Part shown: piece after piece, positions 55,050 to 64,000 of the stretch | How the letters are laid out: every line of letters starts with the position of its first letter | Numbering within the stretch: position 1 is the first letter of the stretch | Source of the DNA: Nitrosopumilus sp. | GTDB taxonomy: Archaea > Thermoproteota > Nitrososphaeria > Nitrososphaerales > Nitrosopumilaceae | Assembly (NCBI GenBank): GCA_965197525.1 | Contig: OZ240211.1 | Location: 864,001-928,000 of the forward strand | Length of the DNA: 64,000 nt | Direction of reading: 5' to 3' | Notes under the pieces: generated by a model | Told to the model about the DNA's origin: nothing | What the model saw: only the letters and a program-made list of their open reading frames with translations | The model's database searches: none | Position numbers and translations under genes: made by a program

Positions 55050-55637
55050 ATGACTTTTAAAATAATAAAAACAATACTGTTTACATCTTTGATTACTGCA
55101 ATGATTCTTCCATTTGGAATGGATTATGCATTTGCAGATCATCCAGACACAGATGTATGGAGCACTGATAGAGAATTTGATATTCAATCATCATTGAATA
55201 ACATATCTCATGCAAGTTTTACACCAGCTACAGATTTTGAAGACGCTGCAGACGTATGGAACTCTGTGAGTAATTCGTGGTGGGACTTTACAAGAGATGA
55301 TTCAAGTAATGATGTAGAAATTGGTGCATGGTTTATGGGTTGGCATATATCCACATTAGCTGAAACCACATGGTATGACAGTGGGGGTTACATGTTATGG
55401 GCTTTTATCGATTTTAACAGTGCTAAAGATTTTAGAGATGTAAATGTATCTCAAGGATGGATGTCTTATGACTATGAAACTGTTGCCATCCATGAAATCG
55501 GACATGTTGCTGGTATCCATGATCATACAACAACATCAAGCTCACCTATGATAGCTTCAATTTCAGTCAATACTGTAGATAGAACATTGAACAGCCATGA
55601 TAAAGCAACAATTAGGGGGATGTATCAAGATGAATAA
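55050..55637 (+). CDS. Secreted matrixin-like zinc metalloprotease
   Basis: Signal peptide; HEIGHVAGIHDH; Met-turn SSPMIA. Confidence 0.85.
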   Translation: MTFKIIKTILFTSLITAMILPFGMDYAFADHPDTDVWSTDREFDIQSSLNNISHASFTPATDFEDAADVWNSVSNSWWDFTRDDSSNDVEIGAWFMGWHISTLAETTWYDSGGYMLWAFIDFNSAKDFRDVNVSQGWMSYDYETVAIHEIGHVAGIHDHTTTSSSPMIASISVNTVDRTLNSHDKATIRGMYQDE

Positions 55638-56199
55638 AAAACTATTACTACCTCTTTTGGTACTTGTGGTAATTCCTGTTCTTGTATTTAGTCAACCAGA
55701 TGCTGATACAATAGGGAAACAATTTGCAGTTGATAACCCAGGTATATCTATTGGTGTTAGTACTTTAGAAGAGGCTTTAACAGAAGAGCAAGAGATCAAC
55801 AGAGCATCTCTTATTGTTGAAGGAACTATACTAGAAGCCAAACCATACTGGAAGATTATCCATAATGATAAACCACCTAGAATTTACACCGAATTTACTG
55901 TTAAAGTAGATGATGTCATCAAAGGTGATATAAATTCTCAAACTATCACATTTGTAGTGGGTGGTGGTGATTTAGATGGAATAATTTCTAGAACAGAGTC
56001 AGTAGATCTAACTGTGGGAGAACAAGTAATTTTATTACTTGGAAAAGACATCTATAGTATATTTGGGGACACATACAACCCAATATCTATCTCAAAATCT
56101 ATTTACAAAATTGAAGATGGTCAAGCAATAAACAAACTAGATGATAGAACAGGCAACAAAGACGACGTAAAAGAGAGAATATCTGATCTATTAAGATAG
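55597..56199 (+). CDS. Secreted/membrane hypothetical protein coupled to the protease
   Basis: Signal peptide; ASLIVEGTI...IYTEFTVKVDDVIKG. Confidence 0.75.
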   Translation: MIKQQLGGCIKMNKKLLLPLLVLVVIPVLVFSQPDADTIGKQFAVDNPGISIGVSTLEEALTEEQEINRASLIVEGTILEAKPYWKIIHNDKPPRIYTEFTVKVDDVIKGDINSQTITFVVGGGDLDGIISRTESVDLTVGEQVILLLGKDIYSIFGDTYNPISISKSIYKIEDGQAINKLDDRTGNKDDVKERISDLLR

Positions 56200-56402
56200 A
56201 TACCCTTATCTTTTTTTTATGAATATTAGTTAAAGAATTATAAAATAACATCATATGTCATAAATTGTGCGAATTGACTGCTGCAGGAATTGTGGGAAGT
56301 TATTAAAAGTGTTGGAATATGGTTCTGTGTAATCTTCGGGTGCTGAGATTATGAGTTCTGTTAACTTGACGGGATCTAACTCTTTCTGGTAAGTGTCAGG
56401 AG

Positions 56403-57830
56403 CTAGGATCCAGAACGCCCCTTGCCGAACTTCATGCCCTCTGCAACTAGCACGGCATTAAGTTCAGTCATGGTAAGCTTTCCGCCCTTCCGTCTGTTGC
56501 AGTTACCACAAAGTAGTTGAAGGTTTTTGTCATCATCCTGACCACCCTTTGCTTTTGGTATGATGTGATCTACCTCCAAATCCTTGAATAGATAATGGTA
56601 TTTACAACCGTTGCAGTACCCATGTTGAATACCGTATAGCGTATGCTTGATGTCCTTGGATCGCCTGCCTTTTCTTTTTGGTATATCCGTTCTTTGTATG
56701 ACTTGTCCTGCACCAGTAATGAACTTGGCAATACCTGCATCTTTCTTGAGTCTTTGTTCAATCAGCGAATAGGCTCTTTCTGATATATCGCACCCTATCC
56801 ATTGTCTACCCAATCTCTCTGCCGCAAGACAAGCTGTTGCACATCCACAAAACGGATCAAACACGATTTCTCCTACGTTACTGCTTGTCTCAATGATGCG
56901 CTCCAGTAATGCCAGTGGTTTTTGCGTGGGATAACCAAGTCTTTCCTGACCTCGAACATTTGGAATATCAGTCCAGATGTTCTGTAGTGGTACACCTTTA
57001 GCATCTTTCAGGTATATCTTGCGACGAGGCAGTCCACCCTTCTTCTTTGGATAGTGTATCATGTCGTTCCTTTCCAACCCTAGCATAGATTCTAACGGTC
57101 GTTCCCATGTCCTTATGTGTCCCTTATACTCATACTCATATCCCCCAGCCGATAAGTTCTCGGCAGTCAATTTCTCGTGACTGTAACGTCCACGCCCGTC
57201 CTCATTCTTGAAATTCTTCTTGGTGTATTCTTCCGAGTACGGCAGATATACATCATTCCATGTGTAGTCTCTGGTCTTGGAGTAAAACAGTATCTGGTCA
57301 GAAATCTTCCCATATCTCTTGCCGTCATTGTGAGAACTGGTTCGTTTCCACGTTATGTCGTTTCGGAATGATGCTCCACCAAATATTGAATCCAGTACCA
57401 GCTTGAGATAATGACTCATTGTGGTATCGCAGTGCAGGTACAACGAACCCGTTGATTTTAGAATTCTGTGCATCTCCAAAATCCTAATTGCCATGTATAT
57501 CAGATACGACATTGTAGATTTTCCTCCTACTTTGCCAGCAGTTCCTATAATCGAATACAAGGATTCGTTGATCTCTGCAATCTCACCCCACCATGCAACA
57601 TCCACATCACTAAGTGTCCATGTGTCCTTAAACTCGACACCTGCTGCCTTTGATCCTATTGGTGCAGCATAATTGTGTTTGGAATTGAACGGAGGATCAA
57701 GATAAATCAAATCTACACCTTCATCTTCCATACCTCTCATAACAGGCAGATTATCGGCTGTGAAGATAGTTCGATTTTTAATGGTCAAAATGACCACCTT
57801 GAATAACATGATTTGATTTGATTGCTTCAA
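56403..57830 (-). CDS. N6/N4 DNA methyltransferase fused to a C-terminal HNH endonuclease
   Basis: IYLDPPF, YPTQKP, DPFCGCAT; CNGC...EVDHIIP..GG.....NLQLLCGNCNRRK. Confidence 0.92.
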   Translation of the reverse strand: MKQSNQIMLFKVVILTIKNRTIFTADNLPVMRGMEDEGVDLIYLDPPFNSKHNYAAPIGSKAAGVEFKDTWTLSDVDVAWWGEIAEINESLYSIIGTAGKVGGKSTMSYLIYMAIRILEMHRILKSTGSLYLHCDTTMSHYLKLVLDSIFGGASFRNDITWKRTSSHNDGKRYGKISDQILFYSKTRDYTWNDVYLPYSEEYTKKNFKNEDGRGRYSHEKLTAENLSAGGYEYEYKGHIRTWERPLESMLGLERNDMIHYPKKKGGLPRRKIYLKDAKGVPLQNIWTDIPNVRGQERLGYPTQKPLALLERIIETSSNVGEIVFDPFCGCATACLAAERLGRQWIGCDISERAYSLIEQRLKKDAGIAKFITGAGQVIQRTDIPKRKGRRSKDIKHTLYGIQHGYCNGCKYHYLFKDLEVDHIIPKAKGGQDDDKNLQLLCGNCNRRKGGKLTMTELNAVLVAEGMKFGKGRSGS

Positions 57831-57862
57831 AAATATTATTGGAAGGAAGTACCCCTATTGTG

Positions 57863-58224
57863 GGTTCTTGGTTCTTGGTTCTTGGTTCTTGGTTCTTGGT
57901 TCTTGGTTCTTGGTTCTTGGTTCTTGGTTCTTGGTTCTTGGTTCTTGGTTCTTGGTTCTTGGTTCTTGGTTCTTGGTTCTTGGTTCTTGGTTCTTGGTTC
58001 TTGGTTCTTGGTTCTTGGTTCTTGGTTCTTGGTTCTTGGTTCTTGGTTCTTGGTTCTTGGTTCTTGGTTCTTGGTTCTTGGTTCTTGGTTCTTGGTTCTT
58101 GGTTCTTGGTTCTTGGTTCTTGGTTCTTGGTTCTTGGTTCTTGGTTCTTGGTTCTTGGTTCTTGGTTCTTGGTTCTTGGTTCTTGGTTCTTGGTTCTTGG
58201 TTCTTGGTTCTTGGTTCTTGGTTC
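57863..58224. repeat. Heptamer tandem repeat (GGTTCTT)51 plus GGTTC
   Basis: Perfect 7-bp period over 362 bp. Confidence 0.95.
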
Positions 58225-58230
58225 ATATCA

Positions 58231-58395
58231 TCACATACTCGGTTTTAGAATCAGTTTGTTTCCAATGATTTTAGCTTCCAATTCCTGTCCTTTGTTCCAC
58301 TCCAGTTTTTTTACTTCTTCCTTTGAAAGATTGATGTACCATCTTCGATATTCCTTGTCACCTACACGTCTGTTTATCTTGTCTTGTAACTTCAT
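58231..58395 (-). CDS. 54-aa AbrB/MazE-like DNA-binding protein (not in ORF track)
   Basis: MKLQDKINRRVGDKEYRRWYINLSKEEVKKLEWNKGQELEAKIIGNKLILKPSM. Confidence 0.7.
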   Translation of the reverse strand: MKLQDKINRRVGDKEYRRWYINLSKEEVKKLEWNKGQELEAKIIGNKLILKPSM

Positions 58396-58409
58396 ATCTT
58401 TTAATTATA

Positions 58410-58474
58410 TAGACCCCTAATAAACAAATCGGTTTATTTGTAGGGGTCTAAACATTTATATTATTAGGGGTCTA
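58410..58474. promoter_or_regulatory. Putative operator in the divergent AbrB/transposase promoter
   Basis: TAGACCCCTA at 58410-58419 with inverted copies at 58441-58450 and 58465-58474. Confidence 0.6.
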
Positions 58475-58603
58475 ATACTATTGTATGAAAAGAACTGCAA
58501 TGATGAAAAAAGAATCAAAGGGTATGGGACACCCAATGATGAGATTGTTACGATCTGAGTACTCTTTTCTGTCCCACTTTATAATTTTTGAGGTGTCGTA
58601 CCT

Positions 58604-59728
58604 ATGAACGCAAGACAGGCAAGAGGTCAAACCATTGTAGAAAAACAGGGTCAGATCAGAAGAATAAACGACACACAATACGAGATCAAAAGCCAAAACA
58701 GTGATTCTCTATACGATGTGGTTGGCACTGAGTTTGGATGGTCGTGTTCATGTCCCGATCATCAGTTCCGTAAGGTTTGCTGTAAACATATCCATGCAGT
58801 CGAAATATCAATCAAGATACATCAAAAGGTGTATGATGATGTGGTAATTTCAGAAGTTACCATTGACACGTGCAAATACTGCAAATCGGCAAACATAACC
58901 AAGATGGGAGTACGTCACAACAAAAATTATGACGTTCAGATGTTTAGTTGCAAAGACTGTAACAGAAAGTTTTCAATCAATTTGGGATTTGAGAAGATGA
59001 GGGCTACACCAGACCAAATCACAATGGCTATGAACCTGTACTTTAACGGTGAATCCACAAGAAAGACTGCACAGTCGTTGTTACTCACTGGAATCAAGGT
59101 ATCAAACGTCACCATACACAACTGGATAAAGAAATACGTTGATCTTATGGATAGGTATTTGGAAAAGATTACACCTCAAGTGGGTGAATCATGGAGGACT
59201 GATGAGATGTATTTGAAGATCAAGGGTGACAAAAAATACATGTTTGCCATGTTAGATTCTGAGACTAGATTTTGGTTGGCACAGATGGTCTCAGAACACA
59301 AGGGGAATGATGATGTATCGCCAATGTTCAAACAGGCTAAATGCACTGCCAACAAAGTGCCATCAACCCTAATATCTGACGGAGCTGCAAACTTTCATCA
59401 TGCTTGGAAAGAACAATACAAGGCAAAGAATTTCTTACACAAGGACACAGAACACGTAAGGCACATACATCTTGCAGGCGATATGAACAACAACCAAATG
59501 GAATCCTTTAACGGTAATACCATGAGGTTGCGTGAGAGTGCTACAAGAGGAATCAAAAAAGATGATTCTGTCATATTCAAGGGTATGCAAATCCATCACA
59601 ACTTTGTCAGACCTCATCAAAGTTTAGATGGTGATACTCCAGCAGACAGGGCCGGTATCAGGGTTAAAGGTGACAACAAATGGAAAACCATAATTCAGAA
59701 CGCTTCAATGGTACCTACCAACCCTTAA
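58604..59728 (+). CDS. IS6-family DDE transposase with N-terminal SWIM and Zn-ribbon domains
   Basis: CSCPD..CKH; CKYC/CKDC; WRTDEMY, LISDG, NNNQMESFN, HNFVRPH. Confidence 0.92.
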   Translation: MNARQARGQTIVEKQGQIRRINDTQYEIKSQNSDSLYDVVGTEFGWSCSCPDHQFRKVCCKHIHAVEISIKIHQKVYDDVVISEVTIDTCKYCKSANITKMGVRHNKNYDVQMFSCKDCNRKFSINLGFEKMRATPDQITMAMNLYFNGESTRKTAQSLLLTGIKVSNVTIHNWIKKYVDLMDRYLEKITPQVGESWRTDEMYLKIKGDKKYMFAMLDSETRFWLAQMVSEHKGNDDVSPMFKQAKCTANKVPSTLISDGAANFHHAWKEQYKAKNFLHKDTEHVRHIHLAGDMNNNQMESFNGNTMRLRESATRGIKKDDSVIFKGMQIHHNFVRPHQSLDGDTPADRAGIRVKGDNKWKTIIQNASMVPTNP

Positions 59729-60007
59729 CAGCAAGAATTACCTACCGTGAACTTAACAGCCCCCATTATTTTTTACCATTATTTTGTAGACAACGATACG
59801 GTAATTGACCGGAGGTTTCTTTATCGTATTTTTGACAACTTGAAGTTTTACCAAGCACATTGTCTTGATTGGGATCAGTAACAACACTACTTGAAAGAAT
59901 TACAAAAGTCACATTCAGTATTAAAAACAACCATCATATAACAAAGAGGTCATCTAAACTAGTCTTAGACCGATAATAATATACATGATTAACGGTGAAA
60001 TCTTGAT

Positions 60008-63000
60008 ATGAACATGCTGAGAATTCATCCCATGATGGCAGTCATGGCCATTGTGGTAGTGACTGTATCTTTGTTACTTTTCCAGTACTATGATGTCAGT
60101 TTTGCGTCTGCCTATATGACTGACCCTGTGATCACGATAACTGACAGCCCCCCCCCCCACCTCCACACACCTGTAACGGTAACTACCTCAGAGATACAGC
60201 AGTCGGCAGCCAGTTTTCTGAACCGTGAGTACGGGCGAATCGACGTACTCAACCCGCAGTCCTATCCTGTAGTGGGCGGGGAGTGGACGATAAACTTTAG
60301 GACATACGGTACCCATAACCTAACAATCTCTGTAATAAACGGCACCACGTTTGGGGACTCTTCTCCTGACGACGTGGGGTTTGTGGAGGTATTGTGCGGC
60401 AACGACTCCATACTGGATGCTACAGCACATGATGGGATCATTACGTTTGAGGACTATCAGTGCGACGGCATCGCAAGCCTCGTGCTATCGGTTCACACCC
60501 CTGGCATACACGACATACATCTAAGCTTTGGTGTGGATACTGCGTACGCATCAAACAACGCGTATCCAAACTCCGTAGTGGAGATAAACAGCTCCACTAC
60601 AAACGGTCCCACGCTATCAGACGATGACAGTTTCGGCGTCTCCGTTGCTTCCATAGGCGACCTTGACGGCGACGGGGTGACAGACCTTGCAGTTGGTGCT
60701 TATCAAGATGACAACGGCGGCGGATCAAACCGCGGCGCCGTACACATAATGTTTATGAATATGGACGGTACGATAAACAGCACAGTAGAGATAAACGACT
60801 CCACTACAAACGGTCCCACGCTATCAAACAATGACAATTTCGGCTTCTCCGTTGCTTCCATAGGCGACCTTGACGGCGACGGGGTGACAGACCTTGCAGT
60901 TGGTGCTTATCGAGACGACGAGGGCGGATCAGACCGCGGCGCAGTACACATAATGTTTATGAATACAAACGGTACGGTAGACAGCACAGTAGAGATAAAC
61001 AGCTCCACTGCAAACGGTCCCACGCTATCAAACGATGACCGTTTCGGCGTCTCCGTTACTCCCATAGGCGACCTTGACGGCGACGGTGTGACAGACCTTG
61101 CAGTTGGTGCTTATCAAGACGACGAGGGCGGACGAGACCACGGCGCAGTACACATAATGTTTATGAATATGGACGGCACGATAAACAGCACAGTAGAGAT
61201 AAACGACTCCACTACAAACGGTCCCACGCTATCAAGCTTTGACCGTTTCGGCTTCTCCGTTACCCCCATAGGCGACCTTGACGGCGACGGGGTGACAGAC
61301 CTTGCAGTTGGTGCTGTTCAAGATAACGACCGCGGATCAGACCGCGGCGCCGTACACATAATGTTTATGAATATGGACGGTACGGTAGACAGCACAGTAG
61401 AGATAAACAGCTCCACTACAAACGGTCCCACGCTATCAAACAATGACAATTTCGGCTTCTCCGTTGCTTCCATAGGCGACCTTGACGGCGACGGGGTGAC
61501 AGACCTTGCAGTTGGTGCTTATCGAGACGACGAGGGCGGATCAGACCGCGGCGCCGTACACATAATGTTTATGAATACTGACGGTACGGTAGACAGCACA
61601 GTAGAGATAAACGACTCCACTACAAACGGTCCCACGCTATCAAACGATGACAATTTCGGCACCTCCGTTGCTTCCATAGGCGATCTTGATGGTGACGGGG
61701 TGACAGACCTTGCAGTTGGTGCTTATCAAGACGACGAGGGTGGAGAGGATCGCGGCGCCGTACACATAATCTTCATTAATGACATAAGAACTGCCGGAAA
61801 CGGCTCTGTTGACAGCACAGTAGAGATAAACGACTCCACTGCAAACGGTCCCGCGCTATTAGACAATGACCGTTTCGGCGTCTCCGTTACTCCCATAGGC
61901 GACCTTGACGGCGACGGTGTGACAGACCTTGCAGTTGGTGCTAATCGGGATGACGACGGCGGACTAGACCGCGGCGCCGTACACATAATGTTTATGAATA
62001 TGGACGGCACGATAAACAGCACAGTAGAGATAAACGACTCCACTGCAAACGGTCCCACGCTATCAGACAATGACCGTTTCGGCATCTCCGTTGCTTCCAT
62101 AGGCGACCTTGACGGCGACGGGGTGACAGACCTTGCAGTTGGTGCTCATCTAGACAACGAGGGTGGAACAGACCGCGGCGCCGTACACATAATGTTTATG
62201 AATACAAACGGTACGGTAAACAACACAGTAGAGATAAACGACTCCACTGCAAACGGTCCCACGCTATCAAACAATGACCGTTTCGGCTTCTCCGTTACCC
62301 CCATAGGCGACCTTGACGGCGACGGGGTGACAGACCTTGCAGTTGGTGCTTTTCAAGACGACGACGGCGGATCAGACCGCGGCGCAGTACACATAATGTT
62401 TATGAATACAAACGGTACGGTAGACAGCACAGTAGAGATAAACAGCTCCACTGCAAACGGTCCCACGCTATCAAACGATGACCGTTTCGGCGTCTCCGTT
62501 ACTCCCATAGGCGACCTTGACGGCGACGGGGTGACAGACCTTGCAGTTGGTGCTTATCAAGACGACGACGGCGGAGCAGACCGCGGCGCCGTACACATAA
62601 TGTTTATGAATATGGACGGCACGATAAACAGCACAGTAGAGATAAACGATTCCACTACAAACGGTCCCACACTATCAGACGATGACAGTTTCGGCTTCTC
62701 CGTTGCTTCCATAGGCGACCTTGATGGTGACGGGGTGACAGACCTTGCAGTTGGTGCTTATCAAGACGACGAGGGTGGAACAGACCGCGGCGCCGTACAC
62801 ATAATGTTTATAAATATGGACGGCACGATAAACAGCACAGTAGAGATAAACAGCTCCACTGCAAACGGTCCCACGCTATCAAACGATGACCGTTTCGGCT
62901 TCTCCGTTGCTTCCATAGGCGACCTTGACGGCGACGGGGTGACAGACCTTGCAGTTGGTGCTTATCAAGACGACGAGGGTGGAACAAACCGCGGCGCCAT

Positions 63001-64000
63001 CAATGTCATATATCTTGACAAAGAGGTACTGGTCCGTGCCGTATCCTCTACAACCGCAGACGGTACCTACGGATCAGGAGAGACAGTAGACATTACCATC
63101 AAATTCTCAGAACCAGTCACCGTAACTGGGACACCTCAACTCGCACTTGATACCAATCCTTCAAGGCAGGGCAACTATTCATCAGGCTCAGGCACTGACA
63201 CCCTTACCTTCAAGTACGAGGTACAGACTGGAGATACATCTGCAGATCTCCAATATGCTTCAGAGAGCTCATTGATGCTGGTGGAGGGAGTGACGACTAT
63301 TACTGCCCTAAAAAGCCCGAGTGAGGATGCTGTCCCTACACTCCCGGATCCTGTAATAATGTTTGGCTTTAACCCTCTAGGCGCATTCGGATCCCTTGGG
63401 CAAAACAAAGATATTAAAATTGATACCACTGCCCCCACGGTAACAGACACCACTCCGCCCCGTGTTGCCTCCATACTGCGTGATACCCCTCTAGCTCAAT
63501 CCACAACTGATACCACCTTGGTGTTTGCTGTCACGTTTGATGAGCCGGTAATCAATGTGGGTGTTGCTGACTTTACAGTAGCAGGCAACGGTACGGGTAC
63601 AATATCTGGCGTATCAGGTTCCGGTACATCATACCGAGTAACAGTCACAGTAGATAATGTTGGAACCATAGGATTGGATATCGCACAAAACCACGACATA
63701 CAGGATACTGCAACCAACCGTTTGGCCAACCTGACACCTACCGGCTCTGATCAGACCTACACAGTCACGGTACCAGACACCACTGCCCCCACGATACCAG
63801 ACACCACTCCGCCCCGCGTTGCCTCCATTGTTGACAGGACAGTAGAGATAAACGACTCCACTGCAAACGGTCCCACGCTATCAAACAGTGACCGTTTCGG
63901 CGTCTCCGTTGCTTCCATAGGCGATCTTGATGGTGACGGGGTGACAGACCTCGCAGTTGGTGCTAATCGAGATAACGACGGTGGAGCAAACCGCGGCGCC
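60008..64000 (+). CDS. Giant surface protein with FG-GAP (integrin-alpha-like) repeats and Ig-like domains; runs off the window
   Basis: Signal peptide; 12 near-identical repeats of about 68 aa (FG.SV..IGDLDGDGVTDLAVGA...RGAVHIMF) at about 60580-63020, an Ig-like region, and a 13th repeat from about 63840; frame spot-checked at 60581, 62843 and 63842. Confidence 0.9.
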   Translation, partial: MNMLRIHPMMAVMAIVVVTVSLLLFQYYDVSFASAYMTDPVITITDSPPPHLHTPVTVTTSEIQQSAASFLNREYGRIDVLNPQSYPVVGGEWTINFRTYGTHNLTISVINGTTFGDSSPDDVGFVEVLCGNDSILDATAHDGIITFEDYQCDGIASLVLSVHTPGIHDIHLSFGVDTAYASNNAYPNSVVEINSSTTNGPTLSDDDSFGVSVASIGDLDGDGVTDLAVGAYQDDNGGGSNRGAVHIMFMNMDGTINSTVEINDSTTNGPTLSNNDNFGFSVASIGDLDGDGVTDLAVGAYRDDEGGSDRGAVHIMFMNTNGTVDSTVEINSSTANGPTLSNDDRFGVSVTPIGDLDGDGVTDLAVGAYQDDEGGRDHGAVHIMFMNMDGTINSTVEINDSTTNGPTLSSFDRFGFSVTPIGDLDGDGVTDLAVGAVQDNDRGSDRGAVHIMFMNMDGTVDSTVEINSSTTNGPTLSNNDNFGFSVASIGDLDGDGVTDLAVGAYRDDEGGSDRGAVHIMFMNTDGTVDSTVEINDSTTNGPTLSNDDNFGTSVASIGDLDGDGVTDLAVGAYQDDEGGEDRGAVHIIFINDIRTAGNGSVDSTVEINDSTANGPALLDNDRFGVSVTPIGDLDGDGVTDLAVGANRDDDGGLDRGAVHIMFMNMDGTINSTVEINDSTANGPTLSDNDRFGISVASIGDLDGDGVTDLAVGAHLDNEGGTDRGAVHIMFMNTNGTVNNTVEINDSTANGPTLSNNDRFGFSVTPIGDLDGDGVTDLAVGAFQDDDGGSDRGAVHIMFMNTNGTVDSTVEINSSTANGPTLSNDDRFGVSVTPIGDLDGDGVTDLAVGAYQDDDGGADRGAVHIMFMNMDGTINSTVEINDSTTNGPTLSDDDSFGFSVASIGDLDGDGVTDLAVGAYQDDEGGTDRGAVHIMFINMDGTINSTVEINSSTANGPTLSNDDRFGFSVASIGDLDGDGVTDLAVGAYQDDEGGTNRGAINVIYLDKEVLVRAVSSTTADGTYGSGETVDITIKFSEPVTVTGTPQLALDTNPSRQGNYSSGSGTDTLTFKYEVQTGDTSADLQYASESSLMLVEGVTTITALKSPSEDAVPTLPDPVIMFGFNPLGAFGSLGQNKDIKIDTTAPTVTDTTPPRVASILRDTPLAQSTTDTTLVFAVTFDEPVINVGVADFTVAGNGTGTISGVSGSGTSYRVTVTVDNVGTIGLDIAQNHDIQDTATNRLANLTPTGSDQTYTVTVPDTTAPTIPDTTPPRVASIVDRTVEINDSTANGPTLSNSDRFGVSVASIGDLDGDGVTDLAVGANRDNDGGANRGA
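60148..60158 (+). repeat. C11 homopolymer inside the 5' coding region
   Basis: GACAG-C11-AC; currently in frame. Confidence 0.9.

Larger units (their letters stand above)
53093..59763. mobile_element. 6,671-bp IS6-family cargo transposon
   Basis: 49-bp TIRs starting GGGGCTGTTAAG (53093-53141 / 59715-59763; 3 mismatches); TSD CATTATTT (53085-53092, 59764-59771); transposase at right end. Confidence 0.92.

Noticed and set aside
57818-58420. ORFs such as (LVLGSWF)n and (NQEPRTK)n over the heptamer array
   Set aside because: A stop-free 7-bp unit keeps frames open by chance; no independent coding evidence.
61726-63729. Minus-strand ORFs listed in the track
   Set aside because: Antisense to the giant plus-strand FG-GAP gene, which the track omits, probably because it has no stop inside the window.
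60575-64000. CRISPR array
   Set aside because: Repeats are about 204 bp, in frame and coding, with no unique spacers. The same applies to the 75-bp BspA repeats at 50290-50790.

Overview
Window from a Nitrososphaerota (Nitrosopumilaceae-like) archaeon, inferred from TBP/TFB, EF-1beta, CDC48, pdaD, hppA, cupredoxins and conserved thaumarchaeal hypotheticals. The heavy IS load and large repeat surface proteins (BspA/DUF285, FG-GAP) suggest a host-associated lineage; this is inference. Core genes are interleaved with many mobile elements whose ends I traced by eye. (1) Two 1,637-bp elements carry only an intact TnpB (Cas12-ancestor nuclease) yet have terminal inverted repeats (TIRs) and copy-specific 8-bp target-site duplications (TSDs), which is unlike IS200/IS605. 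(2) A family of GG-ended, 8-bp-TSD, IS6-type cargo elements of 378 bp, 851 bp, about 1.5 kb and 6,671 bp. The largest carries a DNA methyltransferase-HNH fusion (intact plus pseudogene copy), a metalloprotease cassette, a tRNA-like sequence with an 8-nt anticodon loop, a 51-copy heptamer and an AbrB-like regulator. (3) IS110, IS630 and IS5-type elements. A low-GC island encodes a cytidylate-hydroxymethylase-like thymidylate synthase homolog (frameshifted), a YwgA/Panacea-like protein and two MUG glycosylases, a candidate base-modification/defence module. The window ends inside a giant FG-GAP repeat gene with a C11 tract and adenine-compatible hypervariable codons. No CRISPR array or rRNA was seen.
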